A DNA stretch of 64,000 bases from a virus. Where the stretch lies: positions 1 through 64,000 of IMG/VR virus record IMGVR_UViG_3300014836_000691; one strand, 5' to 3'. Both the position numbers and the translations under genes were made by a program. The notes beneath the pieces were generated by a model that was given only the letters and a program-made list of their open reading frames with translations, was not told the DNA's origin and made no database searches. Of this stretch, positions 16,762-27,565 are shown one piece after another; position 1 is the first letter of the stretch, and each line of letters begins with the position of its first letter.

Positions 16762-19412
16762 TGCCTCCCTCATCTGGCGGTGGTGCTGGCGGTGGCGGGC
16801 AGGTTACGGTCAATGTTAATGTCAATACACGCAACGCCCAACAGCAAATAACCTATCTTGGGGCTATGATGAACGAGTTTGGTCGCCAAGTGACCTCTCG
16901 TCTGACTAGTATGTTCTCCGCTGTCGCCGTAGTCACAATGGCGTTCCAGAAGGTGACGCAAGCGATGCAACAGAACATCGCCACGGCTAAGCAAATTGGT
17001 CAGTTGTCGGCTAAGTTCCATATCGACCCCAAGGAGGTGCATTCCCTGCTCCTGTCGGCTAATGACGCTGGAGTATCGGTTCGTGCCTTGCTTATGTCGA
17101 TGAAGCAACTTGGGGCGGCTGCTGGCAAGGCATCGTTCAGCAAGGATTTCCGTGAAACATTCAAGATGCTGGGCATTGATGCTTCCAAACTTTCTGAGAT
17201 GGCATCGAAGCCAGCCAAACACTTTGCGGAGGTTGCGAAGCAACTAATGCAGATTGGCTCTGAGACTACAAGAGGGGCAATGGGGGCGAGGCTTCTGGGA
17301 AGACAATACCAGAATATGCTTCCGCTTATCGAGAAACTTGGAAAATCCGAAGAAGAGCGACAGAAGTTCTTAAACAACGAGAACGCACTCGGTAAGCGTG
17401 AGGTCGATAGTGCAAAGGCTAACGCCAAGGCTCAAGCGGAGATGAATGAGTCTTTCAACAAGTTGATTGCGACATTGATGCCTCTTGGCACAATCCTTAC
17501 TAACCTCTTCCAATTGATTATCCTTGGGTTAAAGCGTATTGCCATCCAGTTTGGAGACTATGACGACAACCGAAAGGGGTCGGATAGTTTTGCCATAGGT
17601 GGAAGGAAGGCACAACTTGCTTCACTTGTTGAAGGGCATTTAAAATCCAAAGAAAGACCAGACATATACAAAGGCCATTCTTACGATGAACTGGTTTCAT
17701 CCTACGGAAAAGACGCAATCGACAAAGAAATTAAGTTGCAACAAGTCGGAGGTCTTCGCCTTGGTAACAAATTGAGTTTGGAGGGGCTTGGCCCTAACGA
17801 AGCAGCCTTTGCAAGAGGGATGGAAGGAGTGCATATGGGAATATATGCAACTCCTGGGGCCAGCGGAAGGGATGAATACAAATCTCTTTTTGAAAAACTT
17901 GGCTTAGAGGACGAAGGCAAGACTATGCACGCTGGCTTTTATAGACAACGACATAACGGACAAAATATTTTTGAAAATGAAGGCTTTGTTCAAGCCTATG
18001 TTAAGTTTTCTAAAACACTAGATGATGTTTCTGAAAAGAAAATTGCTTCTTTAACAAAAGATGAACGCAATATTTTAAATAGGTTAAAACAGTTAAAGTC
18101 AGCAAGCGGCAAGTTCAGCCTTTCTGCGAACTCTGCCATCAACTCTCCCCAAGAACAAATCGCTGGGAAACAGGAATTGATAAATTATAACATTCAAAGG
18201 CAAAGAGAGGCTGGTGCTACAATTGATGCCAAGGAGGATGCTGCTAATAGAAATGCGGTGGAAGTTCAAAAGGTAATAGCACAATTTAAAACCGCCGCCT
18301 CTGCGATGACTGATTCGCCAAAGAATTATAGGTTTAACGAAAAAACTGGCGAAGTGGAAGAGTTTGACCCCACTCAAGCCCGCCAAGGTGGGGCTTTACA
18401 GTTTTTCCGTGACCCTGCGGCAGAGGAGAAGGCAAAGAAAAAGCAAGAGAAGTTGGACAGAGCCGCAAGGCGGGCTGAAGCCGAACTTGAAATTGCTGGA
18501 TTAGACAGGGAAGACCCAACCTATCAGCAAAAGAAAATCGCAATCCAGATGGATTTGGCAAGCGAAGAGGAAGAGGATGCTCAAAAGGAGGCTACTAAGA
18601 AGCGTGATGAGTTGGAGGGCAACATAACTGGCGTAAGTATGTCTGCCAATGTAAAGAAACTTTACTCTCAGTTTGAGTATGCCAAGGTGATGCACGAACA
18701 GGATTTGGGTAGCGAAGAAAAAGCAAACAGAGCGTCACAGGCGTATGACGCTTACCTTACGGCAGTTCAAGCGTTAGAAACAACTACGGCTGAAGTCTCT
18801 CAGCACGAAACCAATGTTACCAAGGCTAAGGCTAAGCAGTTAGAACTGGCTGAGCAACTTAAGCAGGTTGAGGAAAAGCGTTTTTGGAAGAATAAAAAGG
18901 AGAATGAGGAAATTGCCAAGGACGACAACGACAGAAAGCGAAAGACCCACGAACGGAAAATCAAGGATATGAAACTTGAGGGGAAGAGCCAAAAGGAAAT
19001 CGACAAGGCTAACTTTGATTTCGAGGTCGAGGAACTTGAGCGTCTTGCCGAAGAACACGACAAGGCGTTGCTGGAGGCAAACGAAGATGGGAAGATAACA
19101 GACGAGGAGCGAGCCGATGTTCGCTCCAAGGAGGAGGCTGTGGACGCTCAATACGATAGGGTTCAAGATTCCATATACGCTATGGCAAACAAGGGAACTG
19201 GTGCTGTTTCCGACCTCAGAAAAGTGGGTGGCGGTGGTCTTGCTTATGCAATCGCAGACGATGTGGCTAAGCAGGAGTTGGATGAGGTGCGTAGGCAGAC
19301 AGGTATTCTTGGCAAGATTGAGGCGAATACTGCGGTTGGCGAAAGAGGTCAGCGTGGTCTTAAGGGTCTTATTGATAAAGGAGTCTATGGCGACGACAAT
19401 ACTCCCGACTAA
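16761..19412 (+). CDS. Tail tape measure protein
   Basis: 883 aa, helical; TMP-like N-terminus (F..LGI, LLGR....+LP+) and charged coiled-coil C-terminus. Confidence 0.8.
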   Translation: MPPSSGGGAGGGGQVTVNVNVNTRNAQQQITYLGAMMNEFGRQVTSRLTSMFSAVAVVTMAFQKVTQAMQQNIATAKQIGQLSAKFHIDPKEVHSLLLSANDAGVSVRALLMSMKQLGAAAGKASFSKDFRETFKMLGIDASKLSEMASKPAKHFAEVAKQLMQIGSETTRGAMGARLLGRQYQNMLPLIEKLGKSEEERQKFLNNENALGKREVDSAKANAKAQAEMNESFNKLIATLMPLGTILTNLFQLIILGLKRIAIQFGDYDDNRKGSDSFAIGGRKAQLASLVEGHLKSKERPDIYKGHSYDELVSSYGKDAIDKEIKLQQVGGLRLGNKLSLEGLGPNEAAFARGMEGVHMGIYATPGASGRDEYKSLFEKLGLEDEGKTMHAGFYRQRHNGQNIFENEGFVQAYVKFSKTLDDVSEKKIASLTKDERNILNRLKQLKSASGKFSLSANSAINSPQEQIAGKQELINYNIQRQREAGATIDAKEDAANRNAVEVQKVIAQFKTAASAMTDSPKNYRFNEKTGEVEEFDPTQARQGGALQFFRDPAAEEKAKKKQEKLDRAARRAEAELEIAGLDREDPTYQQKKIAIQMDLASEEEEDAQKEATKKRDELEGNITGVSMSANVKKLYSQFEYAKVMHEQDLGSEEKANRASQAYDAYLTAVQALETTTAEVSQHETNVTKAKAKQLELAEQLKQVEEKRFWKNKKENEEIAKDDNDRKRKTHERKIKDMKLEGKSQKEIDKANFDFEVEELERLAEEHDKALLEANEDGKITDEERADVRSKEEAVDAQYDRVQDSIYAMANKGTGAVSDLRKVGGGGLAYAIADDVAKQELDEVRRQTGILGKIEANTAVGERGQRGLKGLIDKGVYGDDNTPD

Positions 19413-19443
19413 CCCCATTAGAGGCTGACAAAAACACAATAGT

Positions 19444-20241
19444 ATGGCTGACGAAACTAAGAAAGTCGAAGCGTATGGTGGCCTGCTCACTTACGGCGTG
19501 ATAGGGGCCCCAGAAGCCCAACCAGATTGGACGATGAGTGTGGATGTGAGAGGCTTGCTTGAGGGCAACTTCAAGCAATACTACCCCACGCTTCAGAAAA
19601 ACACAGCCGCCCCCCAGAAGGGCGACCCGCATCCTATGGATGCTCGGCTTAGATGCTACAAGTCTTCTGCCCAGTTTACGAAGATGAATGGGGCATACAT
19701 TACGGCTGATTATATCGGTCTTTCCAAAGACCCCACCGAAGCGGAGTGGGAGGTCACTTCCGCTACTTCGGAAACCAGCATTATCTTTCACCCGCAGTTC
19801 CCACTATGGACTTTTTCTCAGTTTCCGACCAAGGAGAATAAGTATCAGTTCCGATACAACGAGAAATATGTCGAAACTGACCCCAATGACTCGTTGAAGT
19901 TCGTCCGATTCAAACTTTCCGCACCCTACGGCTTTGGCGGTGTCGAATCCTACTTCGTCCCAAGAGGCACTATCAGAGCGACCTTTTACACAGGCAAGAA
20001 GTCGCTGGTTGGCGACATACTTGGAAACCTCGGCAAGTGGCGTAAGACCCCATTATATGTCCCCGAAGATGTGCTTCCCAAGGCTGGTGACGCATCTTGG
20101 CTTTTGGTTAACGCTGGCATCACCGAATACGGCCCAGTCTACAAAGTCCAAACAGAGTGGATGCAGTCCGAACACGGACAGCCTTGGAACATTTACATCT
20201 ACTCGGAATACGAAAGCACCTTTAAACCAAGACCTCTCTAA
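19444..20241 (+). CDS. Distal tail/baseplate-type protein
   Basis: Immediately after TMP. Confidence 0.5.
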   Translation: MADETKKVEAYGGLLTYGVIGAPEAQPDWTMSVDVRGLLEGNFKQYYPTLQKNTAAPQKGDPHPMDARLRCYKSSAQFTKMNGAYITADYIGLSKDPTEAEWEVTSATSETSIIFHPQFPLWTFSQFPTKENKYQFRYNEKYVETDPNDSLKFVRFKLSAPYGFGGVESYFVPRGTIRATFYTGKKSLVGDILGNLGKWRKTPLYVPEDVLPKAGDASWLLVNAGITEYGPVYKVQTEWMQSEHGQPWNIYIYSEYESTFKPRPL

Positions 20242-21446
20242 TGTCTGCATCCCCATTTGGTAGCGGTAGAGTCCCCTCCAATCATATCTCGCCTAGGGTT
20301 GGCGGTGGTCAATCCATTAAGCCCAGCCACATCAACAAACTATCTGAGGCTGTAGACAGGTCTGCAATCAGCGGTGGTAAGGGGATTCGGGTGTCAAAGA
20401 CACCCCTCTCCACCAGTATTGTAATTCCCGAAAAGACTAACCTTTCTTCCGTTTCTTGGTATGCTAGACGAGCCGATGAAAAAATCGTCTTCAATGTGGG
20501 CAAGTTTTTTTACGGTGATGGAGATTCCAATGGGAACAGCCAGAACCAATGGTTTTCTAACAAGTTCTACAACTGGTCTGCCACCAGATACTACGAAAAT
20601 CCTACTACGGACGGTGAGCATATGCAGGGTGCTGAAATCTTTTTTGACCTCCCAGAAGCCAACTATCTGACCAACACGCAGATTAAGAATGGGTCTATCC
20701 CCTTGGAGTGTAAGTTACAGCAAGGTCTTTACTACATCGAGGTATCGGCGTGGTCTGGTAAGCAAATGACCAATCCGTTTGCTGGCGTTGAGAATAAGAC
20801 GGACAATATGAACGATTTTATCAACGAACTTCCAGAGTGGAACTCCCACTCGCAGGAAATGAGTGGTGAAAATGTGCCTATTTTGAAATACGCCCCAAAA
20901 GACAAGATGAAGACGCTGGGGAATGCAGTTTACCCAATCTGCACGGTAGACCAAGACGGCTTTGTTTTCAGAGGGATAACCACGGACATTTTTGCCAATT
21001 CGTCCAGCAACAAGCACCCCTACAAACTGACGGTCTACAAGTATGATGACACTTGGTATATTGATGTGGCTTTTGGCACGGTTAATAACAAAATCCCAAC
21101 ATATGAAGACGGCTATGAAGTCGGAGATTTTGATGGCGGTATTGAAATCGGAAGTGGAAACACTCTTTCCGAGACTACCCACAATGTCATTCTTCAACTT
21201 GATTATGTCGAGGAAGAACCGTTCCCCTCGCCCCCCTCTACGGTCTTTGCAAGCGAAGAGGATGTTGAAGACAACACGGACGACACAGGCTATGTTCTTA
21301 TTGGGCGTGTCACGGTGGCTATGGAGGGCCAAGGGCAGGAAGCCCGCCCAGTATTCGATATTGAGCAAGCGGTCACAGGGTCGCTATGGGTTGAGAGATT
21401 CAAGTGTGGTAAAGAAGACGCACTTTACTGGACTACTCGCATTTAA
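20241..21446 (+). CDS. Tail tip protein (putative)
   Basis: TAATG-coupled in tail module. Confidence 0.5.
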   Translation: MSASPFGSGRVPSNHISPRVGGGQSIKPSHINKLSEAVDRSAISGGKGIRVSKTPLSTSIVIPEKTNLSSVSWYARRADEKIVFNVGKFFYGDGDSNGNSQNQWFSNKFYNWSATRYYENPTTDGEHMQGAEIFFDLPEANYLTNTQIKNGSIPLECKLQQGLYYIEVSAWSGKQMTNPFAGVENKTDNMNDFINELPEWNSHSQEMSGENVPILKYAPKDKMKTLGNAVYPICTVDQDGFVFRGITTDIFANSSSNKHPYKLTVYKYDDTWYIDVAFGTVNNKIPTYEDGYEVGDFDGGIEIGSGNTLSETTHNVILQLDYVEEEPFPSPPSTVFASEEDVEDNTDDTGYVLIGRVTVAMEGQGQEARPVFDIEQAVTGSLWVERFKCGKEDALYWTTRI

Positions 21447-23281
21447 TGGCTGACGAAAATTACATTCACGAAGGAATCCCCCTTCGGGTTGGTGCTACAC
21501 GCTGTGTCCTTGGGACACTCAGAAGCGACCCAGATACGGTTGAGGCTACGAACGAAACTACGGACTACGAGCAAGTCACAGGGTGTTCTCCTAGAAACCC
21601 TAAGCACGAAATCTTGACGGACGACACGGACGATAAGGTAACGCAAATGGGGTGCTGGCTTTCCTATCCAGCAAAACTCCCACAGTCTTTGGAGAATCCA
21701 GATACGCACTTGGTGATTAAGGCGAGAGGGCCTTTGACGCTTGATGATGAAGGAGAGTGGATACTTCCTAAAATAACTCTTACTTTAAGACCCCTAAAGT
21801 CAGCCTTGGACTACAAGTGGGTTAGAGACTTTACATCTCAGATGCCAGTTGCACCTGTTTATTGGTATGGTGCGGAGAATAAGCATTCTACATACGCTGA
21901 AAATAGTGATGGGGAAATGGTTGTAAACGATTTTGTAATCAACTACGATTATTACGGCGAAACACACCCTCCAGCAACGCTTGTAAGTGATGGAAATGGT
22001 CGCTGGATTCCATCTGACACTTATTATGCGGGAATTGATGGCTACTACACCAACCAAGGGATAGCCGCTAACGCATTTGACGAAACTGGTGCTGGCAGTC
22101 CAATGTATCTTAAGGCAGACTTTTACTGGAAAACTGAGGATAAGCCCTCCACTATCCCATCGCACTACGCCCCGCCCCTTCAGCCAGAGGAGATAGACTT
22201 GACGCTTTACCCAAGGGCTGAGGGCGAGGAAGCCTATGATTTTAAGAGAAATGAGTCTTGGGATTTGCGTTATCGCTTTCCTTATTGGTGGCAAACGAGG
22301 GGTGGTTATCCTTGGTTAAATACGGATAGGGACAAATACATCTGGAACGCCCCTACCGATTCAATGTTGAACAACCCCTTTAACCAATCCTTTTTTATTG
22401 GTGGTTTACCAGAAACCCTAGTGCCTGTCGGAAAGTTTATGCGGGTGCGTGACCCATCTGCCTTTCCAATTTCAATAGGAACAGACCCCAGAGAGAAGTT
22501 TTACAAAATCAGAAACCTCTTTGCCTTAAAGCAAATCGAGTCCTGCACCAAAATCCGCAAGCGATACCCATATTCCTTTTCAATTTATCCCGCACTTTAC
22601 AACAGGCGTATCGTTTCGGTTATAGACTGGAATCCAGAAAATTACAGCGAGTATGAAGAGCCGCCTTTTGGCGACAGCACTACATACACCAAGGGAACTT
22701 CATACGACCAATATACGGTCACTTACCCTGCCGAAAAAGACCCGCCTTGGGGAAACGAAGAGGCTGCTCCGCACTACAAGTGTGACTCTTGGTGGCGTAT
22801 GGAAATCGAACTAAATAAGTGCGAATGGAACTTCTCCGAGTCGCTTGATAAAGGCTGGAAGATTAAGGGCATTATTAAGTATGGGAGTAAGCAAGTAATT
22901 GGAACTGTTAGCGAGGCCCCAAATTACAACCTTGGTTGGCGATGGACAGGGGAGGGGCAAATAAGCCCCTTCAATCAAAATAATCCCACAAGCAACTATT
23001 ACATAAGAAATGGGATATGGATGAACCAATGTTTTGGCTTCAATTCAAACACCGACGAACCAGACTCTTTTGAAGATGCTGGTCAGACGGAGTTTGAGGT
23101 TGAGGTGACGACAAGAAATGCGAAGGGTAAAAAAATAAAAGTTCTCGACTTCCCCATTGGTGGCAAAGCCATCGCACCTTGGAACGAAGAGGAGGTTCAG
23201 TTTGGCAACGAACCAAACTCTAGCATCAACTTTATCACCGACTTTTACATAACAGAAATCATCCCGCCATCAGCGGAGTGA
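21446..23281 (+). CDS. Tail tip protein (putative)
   Basis: 611 aa aromatic-rich; tail module. Confidence 0.5.
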   Translation: MADENYIHEGIPLRVGATRCVLGTLRSDPDTVEATNETTDYEQVTGCSPRNPKHEILTDDTDDKVTQMGCWLSYPAKLPQSLENPDTHLVIKARGPLTLDDEGEWILPKITLTLRPLKSALDYKWVRDFTSQMPVAPVYWYGAENKHSTYAENSDGEMVVNDFVINYDYYGETHPPATLVSDGNGRWIPSDTYYAGIDGYYTNQGIAANAFDETGAGSPMYLKADFYWKTEDKPSTIPSHYAPPLQPEEIDLTLYPRAEGEEAYDFKRNESWDLRYRFPYWWQTRGGYPWLNTDRDKYIWNAPTDSMLNNPFNQSFFIGGLPETLVPVGKFMRVRDPSAFPISIGTDPREKFYKIRNLFALKQIESCTKIRKRYPYSFSIYPALYNRRIVSVIDWNPENYSEYEEPPFGDSTTYTKGTSYDQYTVTYPAEKDPPWGNEEAAPHYKCDSWWRMEIELNKCEWNFSESLDKGWKIKGIIKYGSKQVIGTVSEAPNYNLGWRWTGEGQISPFNQNNPTSNYYIRNGIWMNQCFGFNSNTDEPDSFEDAGQTEFEVEVTTRNAKGKKIKVLDFPIGGKAIAPWNEEEVQFGNEPNSSINFITDFYITEIIPPSAE

Positions 23282-23325
23282 GATAAATGGGGCTTGGGCA
23301 TCGTTGACAAGAAGCCAAAGACAAG

Positions 23326-25845
23326 ATGCCTTCGCCCTCGCTAGTCCTTTGGGTTGACTCCGCAAAATCCAACTTTGTTGCCGAATGGCAGTCCACTTTG
23401 GATGCCGCCGACCTTACCCTACGCCAAGGCGACAATCTTGGCATCGAACTCCATTGGGTCAAGCGAGTCTCCACGACAGGTAGCATTATGGACGAGGTGG
23501 AATGGCCTGCCTCTGCCAATATCACTATGGCTGTGGGTCGCCTCGATGCCCCGCCCACCGCTGGCACATTCGCTCTCTCATACGCCTCTGAGACGACTTC
23601 TGAATTGCCCTATAACGCTACGGCTCAACAGGTAGAAGATGCCTTAAATCTCCTCACAGGCATCTCTACGGATGGTGGCGTAACGGTCACCAAGATTGCG
23701 ACCACTTATAGAATCGTATGGGATGAGGACGGTGTGCCTTCCAGCACTCTTACGGTTGATTCCAACGACCTTACGCCAACCAGCACCGTTGCCATCGGCA
23801 ACGCCAGAACTGGCACTTCTACGCTTCGCCAGATTTATCAGATTCACATCAAGCAGTCCCCTGTTGCCGTTTGCACAGAATGGGAGAATCAGACGGAAGC
23901 CTCGGTGAGCATCGAGCAGACCCACATCCCCGCCTATTCGGGTGATTACAGGGTCTGGAGAATGACTATTGAGCCAGCACCTAAGTCTGGTTCGTTCAGA
24001 ATTGGCAAAACGGTCAATTCCACGGTTGTTTGGTCTACTCCGATTATCGCCACCAGCATCGGGGCTGGAACGCTTGAGACGGCACTAGGAATGAGTGTCA
24101 CGCAGGTCGCTCCATACAAGTTCGACATTTTCCAAACGCAACTTACTGGCGATATCACTAATGTTACCGCCCTTCAAGCGGACGACAGCGGTATTATCAG
24201 TTTCTCGGCTAAGTATGGGGTTCTTAATCTTAACACGCTGGACTTAGAACTTCTGCTTGGCGGTGCGGCTTCTGCCAAGGCTAAGATTGAAATCGAGGTC
24301 GAAGTGAACGGTGCAAGACAGACGATTGTCCAAAAGGAGATTACCATTGTAAACGACCTTATCGACACAGATGCTTATGAATTGGTGGAATGGGGAGATG
24401 TGATTCCTGCGGATTCTGTGGTTCGCTTTGATACCAGCCAAGCCCTTACAAACCCTCAGAAACTTCAAGCCAGAACCAATATCGGGGCTATTTCGTTGAA
24501 TGAGGTTGGGGATATTACCGACACCACGGACGACCACGAATCTCGCATTCTTACATTAGAGACAACCACCCTTACATCCAACCAAAAGGCGGCTGTTGCA
24601 GGTGCTTCCACTCCCTCTGGCTCTAATGTATTAATCAGCACTTCGGCTCTCACAAGTGCATTGGCTGGGTATAGCCCGACAGGGCATAGCCATACAATCG
24701 CTGATGTTACTGGTCTTCAAACGGCGTTAAATGGGAAGGCAAGCACAACGCACACACACGCTATTGAGGACATTACCGACCTCGCCACCGAACTGTCCGA
24801 CCTTTCACTTGAACTTACTGGCAAGGCAAACACATCGCATACTCACACGCTCTTAAATATTACGGACTGGGCTTCTACCTACACCTCAATCAATAATGCT
24901 ATCGCTGAAAAGGCTGATGAGATTCATACCCACGCCGTTTCCGACATTTCTGGGCTTCAAACAGCCATAAACGGCATTAATAGCGACATTTCTGGCTTAG
25001 ATAGCAGGGTTGTGAGCCTTGAAAACACCTTGTATGTCACCGAAGCACCAATAGATGGTCTTTCTTACGCAAGAGTAGATGGGAATTGGACTAATTCTCC
25101 GACTTTTGATTCTATTATCTTTGGTGATTTGAGCGAACAAACTTCCGCCGCAGTTCCCGCCACAGGCGGTTCTTTCTCTGGTCGTGTGGGAATTAACGGC
25201 CCTGTTCCAACAAACGCCAACTACGCACTTGGGGTTTTTGACGGTCACATTGTGACGACTAATGGGTATGGCGTGGCGTTTGGTGACGGCACGACTCAAA
25301 TCACGGCTGGCATTCCGCTTACTGGCGGGACTGCTACTGGGAAAGTTAATTTCACTTCCGTAAGCGGAGCCGCAGGATTGAACATCGGTATCGGTGGAAC
25401 AAGCACTTCGTCTACTACCGCTGGCGATATGTGGATTTCGACTGGCGGTGTTCTCATCAATTATCGTGATGGAAACGGCACTTGGCGAAGCCTTGCGGCA
25501 TTAAACAATGGAAACACCTTTACTGCAAATCAAGTAATTGCCGCCGCCACTACTGGTGCTTTGCTTCGTGTTACCCAGACAGGCACAGGTAACGCATTGG
25601 TAGTCGAGGATACTAACAATCCAGACACTACTCCGTTTGTGATTGATGCCCACGGTAGAGTTGGCGTTGGTATCACCCCAGACGCAACAGCCGCAATTAC
25701 CGTGGACTCCGCTGGCATCAAGTTCGGGGCTAACGCCACGGTTCAATCCGTATCGGCGGTGGTTACCGCAACAGGCACATACAATAGAGAAATCCCTATT
25801 ACAATTGATGGGGTGAATTATAGAATCTCCTGCCGACAAGTCTAA
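23326..25845 (+). CDS. Tail fibre with HTH.I.D+.GL repeats
   Basis: Four H-T/S-H-x-I/L/V-x-D/N repeats; QKLQARTNIGA; EAPIDG; T/G-rich distal part. Confidence 0.75.
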   Translation: MPSPSLVLWVDSAKSNFVAEWQSTLDAADLTLRQGDNLGIELHWVKRVSTTGSIMDEVEWPASANITMAVGRLDAPPTAGTFALSYASETTSELPYNATAQQVEDALNLLTGISTDGGVTVTKIATTYRIVWDEDGVPSSTLTVDSNDLTPTSTVAIGNARTGTSTLRQIYQIHIKQSPVAVCTEWENQTEASVSIEQTHIPAYSGDYRVWRMTIEPAPKSGSFRIGKTVNSTVVWSTPIIATSIGAGTLETALGMSVTQVAPYKFDIFQTQLTGDITNVTALQADDSGIISFSAKYGVLNLNTLDLELLLGGAASAKAKIEIEVEVNGARQTIVQKEITIVNDLIDTDAYELVEWGDVIPADSVVRFDTSQALTNPQKLQARTNIGAISLNEVGDITDTTDDHESRILTLETTTLTSNQKAAVAGASTPSGSNVLISTSALTSALAGYSPTGHSHTIADVTGLQTALNGKASTTHTHAIEDITDLATELSDLSLELTGKANTSHTHTLLNITDWASTYTSINNAIAEKADEIHTHAVSDISGLQTAINGINSDISGLDSRVVSLENTLYVTEAPIDGLSYARVDGNWTNSPTFDSIIFGDLSEQTSAAVPATGGSFSGRVGINGPVPTNANYALGVFDGHIVTTNGYGVAFGDGTTQITAGIPLTGGTATGKVNFTSVSGAAGLNIGIGGTSTSSTTAGDMWISTGGVLINYRDGNGTWRSLAALNNGNTFTANQVIAAATTGALLRVTQTGTGNALVVEDTNNPDTTPFVIDAHGRVGVGITPDATAAITVDSAGIKFGANATVQSVSAVVTATGTYNREIPITIDGVNYRISCRQV

Positions 25846-27080
25846 TGTCCAATACCAGACTAGTTCTTTGGATAGAGCCTAGCGAAAACCAACTCTATGC
25901 CGACTGGCAGGTGAACAACTTTGCTGAAGCCCCTGTGTTCAAACAGGGTGATGATGTAGAAGTTGAACTGCATTTAGTCCGAAGGCTTGCCAGCCAGTTT
26001 GGTATTATGGAGGAAATCCCCTTCCCAGCGGGGTGCAATATTCGCTTGGCGATTGGTCAGCAGGACAAGAGTCCGACTGCTGGAACATTTACCGTGGCGT
26101 ATGATGGGGAAGTGGCTACGCTGAACTATAACTCGACTGCCCTTGAGGTTCAGACGGCTCTCAATTCGCTATCTACAATCACAGCCGCTGGTGGAGTTGT
26201 GGTGAGCAAGGTTAACACGGTCACCTACAAGGTGGATTTCAACACCGCTGGCGAGAACGAGGCATTACTGGTTAACACCTCCGCACTTGTTCCCCCATCA
26301 GCCAATAAACTAGTCACGCTTCGTGCTGGCTCGTTAAGTCTTTCTGGCTCTTACCTAATCAAAGTCTACCGTTCTCCGTGTGTCTGGCAAGACACTTGGA
26401 CTGACTTAGATACCCCCCAAGCAGTCATTACTGAACTGACTCCAAACAGGGTAAAGCGTGTCACCATATCGCCTCGCCCCAAGGGTGGAAGTTGGTTACT
26501 AACTAGCACCGCCAATATCACCCCGAAGGTCTTAGATGCTGGGGACGAGGACGACCTCGCAACCTACTGGTCTGAGAGCATAACCCATTCCTTCTCCCCC
26601 ACCGCCAAGGATTCCTCGTTCCTCTACGGACAGGACGAGAGCGTATCCTCAAACGCCATCGGAAAGAGTCGCTACCAAGCGACAGCAAGCCTTGTTGATG
26701 CCTACACTTGGGACTTCCAACTCAGAGATGATTATGACATTCCAGTTGGCTACGCATTTCCCTTCACGGTGGACGATGGCGGTCTGATTGGTTTTAACGG
26801 CAAGACGGCATCCCTCAACCTTAACACGGTAGAAATCGACTATTTGCTGAATGGGGCATCGTCTACGACTGCCGTTATCGAAATCGAACTGGATGTTGGC
26901 GGCAAGAAGTGGACGGTATTGCAAAGGACTTGCACTATCATCAACGATTTAATCGACCAAGAAACCTTCTCTCCTATCTCCTACCAAAACGCCGTCCAAG
27001 AAGCACCTATTGACGGAAAGCAATATGTGCGTAGGGATGGAAACTGGTATGAACTCGAAATTGATGGAGGAACTTTCTAA
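25845..27080 (+). CDS. Tail protein paralogous to the N-terminal part of 23326-25845
   Basis: Shared LVLW, QGD...ELH.V, PTAGTF, LNLNT, I.NDLID and EAPIDG motifs. Confidence 0.7.
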   Translation: MSNTRLVLWIEPSENQLYADWQVNNFAEAPVFKQGDDVEVELHLVRRLASQFGIMEEIPFPAGCNIRLAIGQQDKSPTAGTFTVAYDGEVATLNYNSTALEVQTALNSLSTITAAGGVVVSKVNTVTYKVDFNTAGENEALLVNTSALVPPSANKLVTLRAGSLSLSGSYLIKVYRSPCVWQDTWTDLDTPQAVITELTPNRVKRVTISPRPKGGSWLLTSTANITPKVLDAGDEDDLATYWSESITHSFSPTAKDSSFLYGQDESVSSNAIGKSRYQATASLVDAYTWDFQLRDDYDIPVGYAFPFTVDDGGLIGFNGKTASLNLNTVEIDYLLNGASSTTAVIEIELDVGGKKWTVLQRTCTIINDLIDQETFSPISYQNAVQEAPIDGKQYVRRDGNWYELEIDGGTF

Positions 27081-27419
27081 ATGAGCATTGATAAACAGTC
27101 TGATAAAAAATTGCCGTTCAAGAACGGCGGGACATTCAAACTTACCTTCAAACTCAAGACCAAGAAGGGGACTATCAACTCGTTTGACGGTCTTACCATC
27201 AAGGGGTCTATCAGACTGGCAAATGGGTTCAAATGGAACTTGGTTATCGAAGTCGCTGACGATGGACGCTCGTTTACGGCGACCTACAACGGCTCTACCA
27301 ATCTCTGGGCGACAGGGGATGCCGAAATGGACTTACTGTTCATCCGTCAGTCGGATGGGTTAATGCGTCACTCAACAACCCTTCCAGTCAAAATTGGCAA
27401 GGGAATCACCCTCAACTAA
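27081..27419 (+). CDS. Small tail/baseplate-upper-type protein
   Basis: Beta-rich 112 aa in fibre module. Confidence 0.45.
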   Translation: MSIDKQSDKKLPFKNGGTFKLTFKLKTKKGTINSFDGLTIKGSIRLANGFKWNLVIEVADDGRSFTATYNGSTNLWATGDAEMDLLFIRQSDGLMRHSTTLPVKIGKGITLN

Positions 27420-27565
27420 TGCTCGTAGTAAGCCAAGAACTTTACTTTGAATTGCTGGTGTCCCAAGACGGATACGAGTATGGTCAGATTGTTATGACTG
27501 TCGGGGACGGCAAAACTTTTGACCTTTCGCTTAACGAAGAAGGAGGGGCAAACCGCAACTAACCT

